The notes below the pieces were generated by a model, which worked only from the letters and a program-made list of their open reading frames with translations, searched no databases and had not been told where the DNA came from. The position numbers and the translations under genes were made by a program. A DNA stretch of 64,000 bases, from assembly GCA_951406725.2 (NCBI GenBank), contig OX597820.1, forward strand, positions 24,986,001 to 25,050,000, given 5' to 3'. Of this stretch, positions 1-14,455 are shown piece by piece (the stretch's first letter is position 1; the number at the start of each line of letters is the position of its first letter). This stretch comes from Octopus vulgaris. Taxonomy: Eukaryota.

Positions 1-589
1 TCGTTGAAATTCCACATGTTTGTAGAGTAACTCTTCGTCCTTAATAACTTCCTGTTCTTCCCTATTACATGCAAATAAGCGTTACAAATAGGATAAGCGC
101 GCTCCAAACGCGCTTATAGAATTATACTAAGACCAACTAAATTTTTTTTTTTTTGTACTCATTATTCTTTTCATATATCATTATGTCCGACATCTTGCTA
201 AGATTTTAACAGGAACATTCCACCAGTATTTTTCCATAATACGAGAGAATATAACCTTCCCATCACTGTAATTTCTTCTATTTTAATCTTCAAACCTATC
301 CTTTCAACAGATTTTATTGTATAATGGTCTGTCCATGATATCACATCTCAGGTTAATAGTTTTGTTACGATATTTTTAGCCAGCTACTTATAATGTCGGT
401 GACATCTTCGGTACTAAATCCTCAGAATCCGCTTCGCTTTTGCACCTAGATTCTTTACCTTTATCCCTAGCTCCTTTTTGTTATTCCATGTTCTTCGATT
501 ACAAAAGCTTATTCTTCGAGGTAAGAACTAATAGACCGGTTGTTGATCCTTGAAGGCGAGAGCTAATAAAGTGACTGTTATTATGGCAA

Positions 590-1332
590 GCATGTGTGCA
601 TGCGTTTATGCGTGTGTGTGTGTGTGTGTGTGTGTGTGCGTCTGTAGGTGTGAAGGTAAATATATGCGTGTGTGTATATATATGTGTATGTGTGTATGCG
701 TGTGTCTGTCTGTGTATGTGTGTATGTATGTGCGTCTGTGTATGTATGTGGCATGTACATATGTGTGTACGCACGCATATATGTGCGTACGTATGTACGT
801 ATGTATGTATGTATGTATGTATGTATGTACTTACGTATGTATGTATGTATGTATGTACTTACGTATGTATGTACGTACGTATGTATGTATGTACGTATGT
901 TTGTACGTATGTATGTACGTATGTACGTATGTACGTACGTATGTATGTATGTACGTACGTACATATGTATATGTGTATGTATGTATGTATGTACGTATGT
1001 ATGTACGTATGTATGTATGCATGTATGTATGTATGTACTTACGTATGTATGTACGTACGTATGTATGTATGTACGTATGTATGTACGTATGTACGTATGT
1101 ACGTACGTACATATGTATGTATGTATGTATATATGTATGTGTGCATCATTGCGTATATGAGTCTGTATGCATGTTTTTCTCCCCTCTTCCTCACTTTCTC
1201 TCACACACTCTCTCTCACTTCTCCCTTTCTCTCTTTCGCACTCTCTCTCCCTTCCTCTTCCTTTCTCTGTTGCACTTTGCTCTCTCTCTCTCTCTCTTTT
1301 ACCTCCCTGTTATGAGCACGCTCACACACACA

Positions 1333-1366
<34 letters not shown>

Positions 1367-1385
1367 TTCACTCACTCACATACAC
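590..1385. repeat. Compound microsatellite (TG)n/(TATG,TACG)n/(CT)n/(CA)n
   Basis: Direct inspection; explains the spurious YVCM/HTYI ORFs. Confidence 0.95.
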
Positions 1386-2059
1386 GACACTGAAGCGTTT
1401 CTCTAATTTTTCTCAACCCGTGTTGGTCCCTACTGAATTACGATTCTGTTTCAGTAAAAGTACAATATTTGTCATCAATTCCCAAGTTTCATTTTGTATA
1501 ATGCGTATTGTAGTTCATCACTATATTTAATTATACACATCTGCAAGCATATGCATATATATGCATGTATTTGTGCGTGTTAATGTGTGTATGTGTGTAT
1601 GTATATATATATATATGTGTGTATGTGTGTATATATACATGCATATACAAATACATATATATAGAGAGAGAGACGAGAGAGAGAGAGACGAGAGAGAGTG
1701 CGACAAATGTATGTTGATAGGTGCAGAGAATGAGGAATGAGGAAGGTAAATCTGTACTACATATGTTTCCAACAAAAGTCGAACATGTATTACGTAATAC
1801 TTGTTTGACTTTTCTTGGAAACATATGTAATACATATTCAGCTTGACATTTCTTTAGATACCTTTATCTGCGATTTACAAGGTCATTGTCGCAAGTTACT
1901 TTTGGATCACACTGGCTCTTTACGTTCAAATTCCGCCGAAGTCGACTTTACCTTTCATTCTTTCGGGACCGATAAAATAAGTACCAGTTAAGCACTGGGG
2001 TCAGCGTAATCGACTTTCTCCTCCCTCGAACTTTCTGGCCTTGTGCCAAATTTTGAAAG

Positions 2060-2095
<36 letters not shown>

Positions 2096-2179
2096 AACTA
2101 CTGCTGCTGCTGCTGCTGCTGCTATTATTATTGCTGTTGTTGCTGCTGCTTGAAAGCTATTATATGCTAATTTATTTTG

Positions 2180-2380
2180 CAGAGATGTTATCCAGTGGAT
2201 CGCTCACAAGCTTCCTTAGAACTCAAGTATCGTATAGAATACAGTATGTCACTTATTCCCAGATTGACAATACCTGTCTTGTGTCCATTATCCTCCCACC
2301 TCTTAGGTAGCTCTTTGGGCGTTGTACCGATTGCCCCAATAACCACAGTAATAGCTTTCACATTTTGGACTCTGAGGTAG
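2180..2380 (-). mobile_element. Decayed REL-type LINE 3' fragment
   Basis: Minus frame NVKAITVVIGAIGTTPKEL resembles the PVVIGALG motif. Confidence 0.45.
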
Positions 2381-3387
2381 CGTGGGGGTTAACCGACAGA
2401 AGAAAAAAGTGTGAAAGCTTCTAAAACCTTGTCATATATTATTTTCAACTTGATTTCCAGAATATGTCTCTGCGGACTTGGATCATCAGCATCAAAACAG
2501 CAAGATTGTATCTCGCTCGAGCATTCGTTTGGTTAGTAGGGCAGTAGACAGGAATGGTGTACTATTTCCACTGGTCGGCTGCACATAATCCAAATTTATG
2601 ATCTGCAAGTTCAGCCAAGACAGTACGCATAAACCACTGAAAGATGGATGAGCGCAAAGCCTACAGCGACCTGTTTAGCGAATTAGTGAAACGGCAATTG
2701 AAAAAGACCATCGCCAACAATAGTGGCGGCTTACTTTCTGAAAAGAGAGCGATTAAAGTGGTATCGATAAGATTTAGCAAAGAAATAGCGACAGAAAGAA
2801 ATGGGTTAGCAGGGAAATATCGAAAGAAAATTACGAGAAGCGATTTATAAAGACATCGAGAGTGATGTCCTAAATGTAAGAATGGTCCCCGACGCGAACA
2901 CGAAGGCTGCTTTGTCAGAGCCAAGCACAACATGACCTCAGAACCCCAATTGTAAACAGTTGTCTCCTGTGCTTGTCGGAAAAATGAAAATTTCAATAAT
3001 CATAGACAAAATCGTTCGTTTTTTTTTCTTTTGTTCCTCGCCATATTTCCTCGCTATTTTAAACAGTTTCTAGTATGGTGTATGCATTAAATGTTAACAC
3101 TAACTTACCTAAATGCTAAAAGGTGTATTGTCTGCAACTCTTACCGTATCTATCAATTCCAATGCTTTTAAGAATGCAAATATTACACACTGAAACACAT
3201 TTACATATCTATAACACCAATACACCCAAATGAATGCAAAATCACATATCCATTCGCACAAATATTCGTATACACATACATTCAAATATATATTGATACA
3301 AAAATGCTCACGCATTTATAGATATTCATACAGACACTGTCTGTCGCATACGTACAAGCATACAGAGACACACAAGAAGTGCATTAT

Positions 3388-3403
3388 ATATATGCATATA
3401 TGT

Positions 3404-3454
<51 letters not shown>

Positions 3455-3525
3455 TATACATACATACATACATACATACATACATACATACATACATACA
3501 TACATACATACATACATGCATACAT

Positions 3526-3557
<32 letters not shown>

Positions 3558-3600
3558 CAACATTCATGCATACATATACATGTACATATATTTACATACA
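3388..3600. repeat. (TA)n/(TACA)n microsatellite
   Basis: Direct inspection. Confidence 0.95.
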
Positions 3601-5090
3601 AATTGCTGGATGTTTTATTGATTTCCTACGTAAAATGTGGCTTGGGGTTTCTCGGTAGATTTGCATATCCGAAACGATTGATTTATCTATCAAGTATTAT
3701 AAATTGACGCTATTATAGGTGGCGCCACTAATACAAGCAATTACATCCGCCAGAATAAATATAATGGATCTGCTTGATTCTCAGGACATGTTATAATCCT
3801 AATGTCAATCTGGAAGTTAATGTTACGACTTTCTGATGGAAACCACATTAAAATGTTATTCACCAATTAGTTTACTGCCGTATTTCGGAAAACTGTGTTA
3901 ATATGACAGGCATATAAAATAAGGAGCTTTTGGTGTTATGAAAATAATAAGCAAAATAGGACTATTTAAATCACTGTTCATTGTTTGGACGACAGATTAT
4001 TGTGAGTGAGTTGAAAGTATTCTCCCAGAGGAATTTAATCCTTGAAAGGAATGAATTTCCCCACATTCCATTAACTCTTCTGAATTTTTTCTTCATATTC
4101 ACATACATAAATAACAGACGGTTGGTCGGTGTGCTTTCTAAACCGTATTTAGCCATGAATTCGGCGAAGTACGTTCTTAAAAGAAAATGCTTTTAAAAAT
4201 TCATTGCAATATATACTTTTTACGTGTCATTTTTGACTGAGAAGTGTAGCGATCATAGCTTTTTCCAAAGATATCGACAGCGTAAAAGAAGACCACGCTG
4301 TGTTATTTCTCTTATATAGTTTCTGTTTAAATGATAAAAATTACTTAGGTTATACGATATATATCTGAATCATTCTATTTTTTGATGGCAGATCTTTTAT
4401 TGTATTCGAAAGCCTAGTCTCTCGTATTATAACTGTAATAATACGCGTACATGTTTTGCAACTAGCGCACAAAAAAGGGGAAAGTGTACGCACTCAAGGT
4501 TTTTCAAGATGATATCGATTTTTCTTAACTGAAGAAATTAATCGTGTAATTTCACTATATTATCTTAAATAATACACATTTATAAATAGTGTGCATTAGC
4601 TTAGGTGCTCAATATAGCATTTTTATGATGGTTATTCGCATAGATAAGCACATATTTTGCAAAGAAAGACAAAATTTGCACACAAGCAAACTTCTATGCA
4701 CACTCATAACGAAAAAAAATTGCGGAAACATTGCTGATGGCTATCTCGTCTAAGAAGATGTATCACGGAATGTGATTTTGTGTGTTTATGTTGGCTCCAC
4801 ATCAGACGTTTTCAATCACTGGGCCACGAAACACTCGTACACGGCGTATCTTCCTCAGGTGTGCCGCGAGTTTTTCAGACGAGGAGTCGGTAAACTCCAT
4901 GGTTGATAGTTAGTAAAATTTGCGTGCTCCAAGGAATCATATCGGTGCATGGGTACTCCGTTGCAGCAAAGTGCAATTCATGTGGTCACATGGGTAGAAA
5001 AGTAATTTGAATAGTGTCTTTTTACACACGCACTCACATACACACATACACACACACATACACACTCACATGCATATGTATTCAAGCATT

Positions 5091-5240
<150 letters not shown>

Positions 5241-6071
5241 GAGAGATATGTTATCTGGGCGGAATCCGTATTGGCTCTCAGATAAGTTCCAGTTAATGGC
5301 TAACCACTTCGATCAGTATTTAACGTCTGTGACTACTATTTGTTGCTAGTCACTCCGAGAAATCTTCCGATAGGTAATTCCATGTACGCTTCGCTGGACG
5401 ATAAAAATTATCTAGAGTATATACTATTAATAATGGTTTCAAATTTTGCCACAAAGGCAGCAATTTTGGGGGAGAGAACTAATCGATTACATAGACCCCA
5501 GTGTTTTACTGGTACTTAATTTATCGACCCCGAAAGGATGAAAGGCAAAGTCGACGTCGGCAGAATTTGAACTCAACGTAAATACCTATTTCTTTATTAC
5601 CCACAAGAGGCTAAACACAGAGGGGACAAACAAGGACAGACATAGGTATTAAGTCGATTATGTCGACCCCAGTGCGTAACTGGTACTTAATTTATCGACC
5701 CCGAAAGGATGAAAGGCAAAGTCGACCTCAGCGGAATTTGAACTCACAACGTAACACAGACGAAATACCGCTAAGCATTTCGCCCGGCGTGCTAACGTTT
5801 CTGCCAGCTCAACGTAAATACCGTCACAACCTTGTGCGCTAGTGTAAAGGTAGCATTCTTGTCGCGAAAACATAGTGGTGTGGGTTAGAGTCCCACGTGT
5901 ACGGGAAAATCTACTTTTTTCCGTCGAGGGCTTATATGCCCCATTATTAGACTGTTTTCTTTAGTCACTGCGCGGTGATCGCTTATAAGCTTCAAGCTTA
6001 TAAAATACTATTATTATTATTTATAGAATTGTAAAAATCGACGATGCTTAACAAAAACCATCGCAGTATAA

Positions 6072-6128
<57 letters not shown>

Positions 6129-6427
6129 GTTGTTGTTATTATTATTATTATTAATTGTAAGGAATATAAAATTCCAAGGCAACAGGAGAAAACAAACTCA
6201 ATTTACTAATACTAAATCAAATTTCATGATATATTGAATATATACAGAATTAAGAGATAGAACCTCCATAAAGTAATTCAATTAATTCTGAAAGATATTA
6301 CATAAATTTAAATATATTATTATTAACGTTGTACTAAAAATTTCTACACATTAAACTACTTTGTTATTAATCTCCTGCTAAAAATTTCTATACTAAATAA
6401 TATACATTAAAAATACACATTAAAAAC

Positions 6428-6526
6428 GACGATGCGCGTTTCGTGACTATGTATACGGATCTACAATATCAAAATCAAAACTTAAATATATCTTTGAACC
6501 AACGATACATAACCACTCTTCAGGTC
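6428..6526 (-). ncRNA. Hammerhead ribozyme motif with long stem II
   Basis: GAC-CTGAAGA-GTGGTTATGTAT...ATACATAGTCAC-GAAAC-GCGC-ATC^GTC: 12-bp stem II (with G.U), 3-bp stem I, C.A mismatch at the stem III base. Confidence 0.6.
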
Positions 6527-6699
6527 TCAATATCATAAAATATATTTACAGCATAGATGAAGATGTTATAATTACACCATACTTTATAAATAATTGATAA
6601 GATTTAACAATATTAAAGAAAAATATGAGTATGACTATTGTTATTTTATGATATTGCGACTTTATGGAGGTTCTATCTCTTAATTCTCTATGTATATAA

Positions 6700-6752
<53 letters not shown>

Positions 6753-7068
6753 GTAAATGTCGAACGATGAAAATGAGTATTCAGCACCACATTGGTAGAT
6801 ACAATTTCTTTATTTGTGAATTAAGGCTACCATTGGTTTCATGTTAAGAAAAGTCGGAAAATATCCTACTGTCTTAACAATTTCCCATGAAGAAAGATAT
6901 TTGCCTAGCTGATGCTGTCCTGTAATACATTGAGCGCCATTTGATATATATATACACATTTATGTGTGGGTGTGTATGTGGGTGTGAGTGTGTATACGTG
7001 TGTATGTGTGTGCGTACGTGTGCGAGCGTGCGTGGGTGTATGTATGTGTGTTTGTGGGCTGGTGTGTG

Positions 7069-7159
<91 letters not shown>
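7069..7159. repeat. (GATA)n microsatellite
   Basis: Direct inspection. Confidence 0.95.
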
Positions 7160-7554
7160 TCCAGGTCTCCCTTGCCACTCTGCCATCAGAAATGCCTTAA
7201 ACAAGTTAATGGACAGTCAGAAATCTGTGACCAAGGACGATATTATTCACAAACTGTGGTATTAAATAAAACAAAATATAATAAAATAAAGTAAAAAATA
7301 AAATAGATCCTACATCATCAATTCACTCTTTGAGTGTTTCTCTTTTTGTCCCTTTTCAGCAATATTACTCGAATCATTCATCTCTATTGGACAGCTGCTC
7401 TCTTATTCCCAGTGCATGGATTTTCTCCCTTTGTATCTGAAATCAATATAGCATCTCTTGTTTTCTATTACAGCATCTTGTATAGTGTCTGAGTGTTTCT
7501 ACGCATGCGCACGTCTCTGTGAGTATTGAACGGCAACCATGCTGGGCCATTGAC

Positions 7555-7594
<40 letters not shown>

Positions 7595-7610
7595 CATCAT
7601 CATCATCATT

Positions 7611-7650
<40 letters not shown>

Positions 7651-7830
7651 ACATCATCATCATCATCATCATCGTCGTCGTCGTCGTCATCATCATCATC
7701 ATCACTATTATTATTATTATCATCATCATCATCATCATCATCGTCGTCGTCGTCGTCGTCGTCATCATCATCATCATCACTATTATTATTATTATTATTA
7801 TTATTATCATTATTATTATTATTATTATTA
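7555..7830. repeat. (TTA)n/(TCA)n/(TCG)n compound triplet repeat
   Basis: Direct inspection. Confidence 0.95.
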
Positions 7831-8227
7831 ATCGTTAGCACGCCGGGCGAAATGCTTAGCGGCATTTTGTCGGCCGTTACGTTCTGAGTTCAATTTCCGC
7901 CGAGGTGGACTTTGCCTGTCATCCTTTCAGGGTCGATAAATTAAGTACCAGTTGCGTCCTGGGGTCCTTATAATCGACAGGCCCCCTCCCCAAAAATTTC
8001 AGGCCTTATGCCTAGAGTGGAAAAGATCATTATTATTATTATTAATCGTTAGCACGCCGGGTGAAATGCTTCGCGGCATTTCGTCTGCCGCTACGTTCTA
8101 AGTTCAAATTCTGCCGAGGTCGACTTTGCCTTTCATCCTTTCGGGGTCGATAAAATTAGTACCAGTTACGCACTGAGGTCGATGTAATCGACTTCATCCC
8201 TTCCCTCAAGTTTGAGGCCTTATTATT

Positions 8228-8262
<35 letters not shown>

Positions 8263-8264
8263 TA

Positions 8265-8304
<40 letters not shown>

Positions 8305-8550
8305 GTATCAGTTACGCACTGGGGTCGATATAATTGACTTAATCCGTTTGTCTGTCCTTGTTTGTCCCCTCTGTGTTTAGCCCATTGTGGGTAGTAAAGA
8401 AATAAGTATTCTGTCTGCTGCTACGTTCAGTGTTCAAATTCCGCAGAGGTCGACTTTGTCTTTCATCCTTTCGGGGTCGATAAAATAAGTACCACTGAGA
8501 TAATCAACTCATCCCCACCTCCTTCCAGCTGCCCTTGTGGCAAAAAGTTG
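7830..8550 (+). mobile_element. Cluster of SINE family B copies. Others at about 1900-2060, 5430-5810, 9300-9545, 13630-13850, 18290-18480, 27400-27636, 32830-33500, 61410-62000
   Basis: Shared core gttcaaattccgccgaggtcgactttgcctttcatcctttcggggtcgataaa. Confidence 0.85.
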
Positions 8551-8676
8551 AGATGATAATAGTCAGCATCATTATTTCTTTTTATGACAGCTTTTGTTGG
8601 AACTCCTGGAGTCTTGCATCCGTAGCTATCCATTCTTTTCAGCTATCTAATACTTTCCTGATTCTTATTATTATCA

Positions 8677-8714
<38 letters not shown>

Positions 8715-8846
8715 GTTGTTATTATTGTTATTATTGAGTGAGAGAGCAGTGCATGCCATCAAAGTGACACTGGGGTAAAATATACGAAGCCCAATATACC
8801 CATCATGACTACCCGTCTGATAAGGGTACACCAGGCACATGCATCA

Positions 8847-8879
<33 letters not shown>

Positions 8880-8881
<2 letters not shown>

Positions 8882-9080
8882 CTTCGTAACACAGTGTAGG
8901 TAGAAATGCACCGGTGTCTTTAGTCATCTGTCAAGTCACAACAAGGACCGCAGACGGATAATACTTTCCTTAGGATTTGCGCTATGCCCAATAAGGCTGC
9001 TTTTTGCAATCTGTCAATCTTGCATGGGATTTCCAGCTGCCTTAAGTTTTGCGGTAATGAAATTTTTGGCATTCAGGTTG
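8880..9080 (-). mobile_element. 3' fragment of REL-type LINE
   Basis: Minus frame ...IDRLQKAALLGIAQILRK followed by a (TAA)n tail. Confidence 0.6.
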
Positions 9081-9101
9081 GATTGCAACACCATCTTCAA
9101 C

Positions 9102-9300
<199 letters not shown>

Positions 9301-9589
9301 AAGGCGGAATGCTAGCCTTATTTCGACTGCCGGTACGTTCTGGCTTCAAGTTCCTCCGAGGTCACCTTTGTCTTTTATCTTTTCGGGGTTGATAAATTAA
9401 GTAACGCTGAAACACTGGCGTCAATATACTCGACTAGTCCCCTTCCCAAAAATTTGAGGCCTTGTGCCTCCGATAGAAAGCATTATTATTATGATTAAGC
9501 CGACGAGCTGGCAGAAACGTTAGCACGCCGAGCGAAATGCTTATCAGAATAAAATAATATTTTGCAATATTATTTTATTCTCTTAGTTT

Positions 9590-10260
9590 TATATGTTTGC
9601 GCTTTTATCGCCTTTAAATTATTCTCCATTTGAAGCAATGTATCGGTCCAGGCGTGTTTTCCATTATTCGAAACGGTGCTGGGACTCTTGCGAAGTGATG
9701 CTTTTTAAAGCCTCCGTCGTTTTTGTTTTTTTATCCTTACCTCTTCCACGTCTGCAAATTCCATTGCACCAGCATTCATCACCAGTGATGACCTTCGGAA
9801 AAATTTCCAGATCAACTTTCAACTGTTCTTTCAGCTCATGACATGCATTCAGTCTTGACTGCTTTTGATCTTCCGTGAGCGAACGAGGCACAAATGTTGC
9901 TGCAACTCTTTTCATTTGCAATTCCTCGCTGTAAATTCGTTGGCAAGAACTCCTGGACACACCAGTCATATCATCAAGTTGATCAATTGTTCGGTGATGG
10001 TTCTCCGAGATCAGTTCATGAATTTTCGTGATGTTTTCATTCGTTCGGGAGGTCGACGGTCGCCCTGAACAAAATTGATCTCCAAGCGACAAGTGACCGT
10101 TGCTAAAGCGTGGAAATCACTCATGAACTTGTGTTTTGATTCATGGCAGTATCCCTGTAAGCTGTCTGAAGCATAACATCTGTTTCAGCTGCCTTTTTCC
10201 CCAGCAGAAAACAAAATTTCACGGGAGCAAGCTGTTCCTTCGCTTCAGCTACCGCAAAAA
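9590..10260 (-). mobile_element. Mariner transposase remnant (frameshifted, internally deleted)
   Basis: VKFCFLLGKKAAET..MLQTAY (HTH), SGRPSTS, FVPRSLT (WVPHEL-like), VITGDECW (first catalytic D), then C-terminal WKTRLDRYIASNGE. Confidence 0.9.
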
Positions 10261-11970
10261 TCGACGAACAGGGGAGAAGCACTACAATACAAAGACGTAC
10301 CACGTGGCAGTACGACGACAAGCGACGACAAAAAAATGAAAATGAAAATTTTGTTACACAAGTGTTATTGGCTGATACGTACTGAATTCTATCAAACAAG
10401 CAATAATCCATGAGGAGCGCACAGAGCAGCAAAAATCCAAGCATAACGTATCTATTCATTCTTAATATGTTCTCGCAGATTCGGACGTGAATGTCTCAGC
10501 ATTGTTGCTTATTTGTCATCAGTTGTTTACATACTCTTTTTTCTCTTTTACTTGTTTCAGTCAAGCAAATCGACCCCGGGACTTATTCTTTGTAAGTCTC
10601 TTTTGCCGAACCGCTAATTGACGGGGACGTAAACACACCAACATCGGTTGTCAAGCAATGCTAGGGGGACAAACACAGACACACAAACATATACACATAT
10701 ACGACAGGCTTCTTTCAGTTTCCGTCTACCAAATCCACTCACAAGGCATTGGTCGGCCCGGGACTATAGCAGAAGACACTTGCCCAAGATGCCACGCAGT
10801 CGGACTGAACCCGGAACTACCACAGCCACTCCTGCGCCTGTTGAATACGATATGCGTATCTATACTGAATACAGAGAATCTTATCGCTGACTTGAGATAT
10901 GACCAGACAGTCAGTCAACGCGTTGTCAGTTCGTTTCATGTTACCATTATTGTGTTGTATAAGTGACAATACACTTAAATTCCAACACCCTTGCTCACTT
11001 AACTGCGTGATCATCTACAAATAAAGAAATAAATTAAAATTTTCTAACGTAGATTTATTTCCCTTAACATGTGATAAGAGTTATTTCCCTTGGCATATAA
11101 ATAAGAGTTACGTCCCTTGATCTACTTTTTGCACTTGCACGATATTTCTTTTAACGTCGTAAAAATAATAATATCTACGTCCATACCTATATAGATTCTC
11201 GCAGGTTCATCTTTAAGAGGTGGAGGTCTGTGTATTATAGTGTTGGAGGGAGAAGTCACCAAAATAAACATCTAGAAAATAAATGAAGTACTGATTGAAC
11301 TCTCTGTACAGTTATTTGATCATTTAGAAATAATCTGTGGTCTATAAAAACTCTGGATGGTCTCGGTTGGAATCCCTTTCGTTAGTTGAGTGATCTGGGG
11401 CTAAACACCATTTACTCATACACGTGCTTTCTTGTTTACTCATTTTCAAGAGCTGAGTGGATTGGAGCAACATGAAATAAAGTGTCTTGCTCAAGGACAC
11501 TACGCACCACTGGAAATCGAACTCACAACCATTACAATCATGAGCCAAGTATCCAAAACTCCAAGCCATACACTTTCACTGTAACTTTAAATGGTACATA
11601 AACACCATGTTAACTGGACAAATTGCAATTTCACAAAATATACAAAAATATGAAGATTTAACCAATTCAAATAATGAGAAGCAAATAAGACAATATTGAC
11701 ATATATAAATTTATTGAGATCTTACAAGAACAAAGAAAAATGAAAATCCACCAATTGGTTTTGTCACAAAATTGTGCACTTCATTGATTTCGTTATAAAA
11801 TTTTACAGAGACAATATACAAATCATTTCAAAACTTAAAATTCGTTTCATATTCTGGCACAAGGCCAGCAAGTTTGTGGGAGGAGATAAGTCGATTATAT
11901 TGACCTCAGTGCTTTGAGTGTTGTACAGTGACTATATCACATATTTATGATACAGTCACAAACCTTTACA

Positions 11971-14455
11971 ATATTGTTAGTTAAATGATACAGCTGACTT
12001 CATTCTTGTGATGGAGACCCTTCTAAAGAATCACACACTATTCCATGCAAAAGCTACTTTCATATTTCAAATTTGGTTTTTCCTTTATAATATTTGGCGT
12101 TAGGAAGGGCATCCGGCTGTAGAAACCTTGCCAGATCAGATCAGGGGCCTGGTACAGCCTTCCGGCTTGCAGTCCTCAGTCGAACTGTCAAACCCATGCC
12201 AGCATAGAAAGAAGACGTTAAACAATGATGACAACGACGACGATAATGATGATGAAATTGCTAACATTACACTAACTCTGCTTACAGTAGCATTTTATTT
12301 TCAGACAACATTTCAGATGAAATGATATCCAGAATGAGCTGTAATGAATATCAATAAGCTAAATACTAAAATAAATTCTTACTCCTATTTATTAATATAA
12401 TTATTATATTTTATCATATTCTCAATATCTTTCTCTGAGTTTCTACTGCACCACCAGATGCACTTGTGTCTTATTGAAGTGCATACAACATTGTCTTTTG
12501 AGGTTTTAGAATTGTGACTTATTGGCATCATCATTATCTAATGTCCACTTTCTATGCTGGCATGGATGGAACGGTTTGAGAGGGAACCAGAGACTTGTGT
12601 TGAGCTACAGTGTCACCATTGACATGATTTCTACTTAATGGGTTTGTTAGGTTCCCTCAGATGTTACTTTAGTTGTTCACCTATTTGTTGTGTAGAATAT
12701 GTGCCTTGGGAGTTGTGTGGTACCTGTATCACATATTTGTGTTGTGTGAGTTATGTTGAGCATTGGGTGTTGTCACGATTGTGCAGAATATGTGACTGTG
12801 TAGTTCGTTATATTACTGGAAGGCACATGTTTAGAATACAAGATGCAAGGGTGTACGCAATGGTATGTGAGGTGGGTTATAATACTGATATTATAATAAT
12901 CAGTATTGTATAACCAAAGATTGTTATTTTGGGTTGTTTTTTTTTGGGGGGGGGGGGCAATATGTAATGGGCAAAAGATATTTTAATTCGTCCACAAGCT
13001 GCATGGCAATAAATTTAGGTCCATATGTGAAGAAATATTGATTTCAAAGTTCTACATTGCAAATATGAACAAGGCATTGTAAGGCACATATGTCAACCAT
13101 TTCAAACAAGCAAAAGGAAGTCAATATTATTTTTTATAAAAAAAGACCGAAGCCTCACAGCAGAAAATATATTTCACAACACCAATTCAGTTTCCCTCAA
13201 AAGTTGAGATCTTGTAATATCCGTCATCAGAGATATATAAGGACTGATGGGCTATTGTGGCTACACACTAGTTGGTTTTCTTCTTTAGTTCATTATCCAG
13301 TTCTTTCATGAGGCGTAAGGCAAGCTCATCCTTAGCTGTTGGAGCAGCAATCTGGATATTGATTGGAAGTCCAACACTGTTTGGAAGTGACTGCAAAGAA
13401 ACAAGACATATATATTTAAAATTGTCAGAGTAGGTGTCATGGAAGAATCGCTGTCAGCAAAGTTTAAGATGACTCAGACTACAAAGCCATGAATTTAAAC
13501 TCCACCACATTCTTTGTCAAGATATGTTGTTTTTATTTCCTTATAGAAAGTAAATAATCATTATATAATGTGATTGTGCAAATACATTAGGCCAATTAAG
13601 ATTATATTATTTCCCCATCTTTAGAACACACATCGATTTCAGATTTTGGCACAAGACCAGCAACTTCGGGGAAGGAGTAAGTTGATTACATCAACCCCAG
13701 TACTCAACTGGTACTTATTTCATCAACCCGGAAAAGATGATAGGCAAAGTCAACCTCAATGGAATTTGAACTCAGAACGTAAAGACAGACAAAATGCCAC
13801 TAAGCATTTTTCCCAACATGCTAACAATTCTACCAGCTCACCGCCTTCTTTAGAACATATATTGGCAATATTAATAACTTTGCTGTATTTTGATCTGTTC
13901 ATCATTGAGTGATCAGTGATATCATATGACTATGATATCATATTGTTGTGTGATTAAAGAATTGGTTTCCCATCCCTGTGATTTCAGGTTTGAAACTATT
14001 TGCATAATATGGCAACTTGGCAAGTGTCTTCTGCCATTGCCTTGTGTTTTCTGATGCCTTTTAAATGAAACTCAATATACAAAACTTTGTTTTTGCTTTA
14101 TAAATTACTACCCCCACCTACCCATCTGTCACTCACCTCTTATACTCTTATGAAATTATGTATCCTTTCCCCCTCCCATGATCCATTGTCCATGTTCTCT
14201 CTTACTCTCACCTTCTTGTACCTTAAGAATATACTCTGGCACCTTGTCCCCATCATCTTTATGTTTTCCAGCTACTCCTACCCATCATTATATTATATGG
14301 GGGTAACCATATATCTCCTCTATAGCAAAATACCCATGTTTCTCCTGCTATCATATGCTGGCCTTCAACACCAGGCAGAAAGCCACCTCCCCACCTCTCT
14401 TTCAAATACACTCCCACTCGGTCAAGGGGTTGGGGGTTCTCTCCTTTTTCTTTTT
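11971..14455. repeat. Segmental duplication copy B (last intron end + exon 18b + 3' UTR)
   Basis: Colinear with 16043-19010; for example 12971-13125 vs 17621-17775 differ at 10 of 155 positions. Confidence 0.95.
13268..13390 (-). CDS. FAAH: FAAH alternative terminal exon 18b ([40 protein letters not shown])
   Basis: Identical acceptor context tttctttgcag|, open frame, TAG at 13268-13270; duplicated copy of 18a. Confidence 0.8.
   Translation of the reverse strand, partial: SLPNSVGLPINIQIAAPTAKDELALRLMKELDNELKKKTN

Noticed and set aside
1-500. Coding-looking minus-strand stretch (also about 3600-4200 and 59300-60050)
   Set aside because: Multiple stops and no motif I can identify; probably old transposon debris, needs tBLASTx/Dfam.
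499-1530. Long ORFs (up to 326 aa) of YVCM/HTYI repeats
   Set aside because: Translations of (TATG/TACG/TG)n microsatellites that lack stop codons; the same applies to the poly-L, -S, -D, -C and -V ORFs at 2.0, 7.5 and 9.0 kb.
2560-2940. Possible piggyBac-like C-terminal Cys-rich remnant (CPKCK...GCF)
   Set aside because: Too short and decayed to assign without a profile search.
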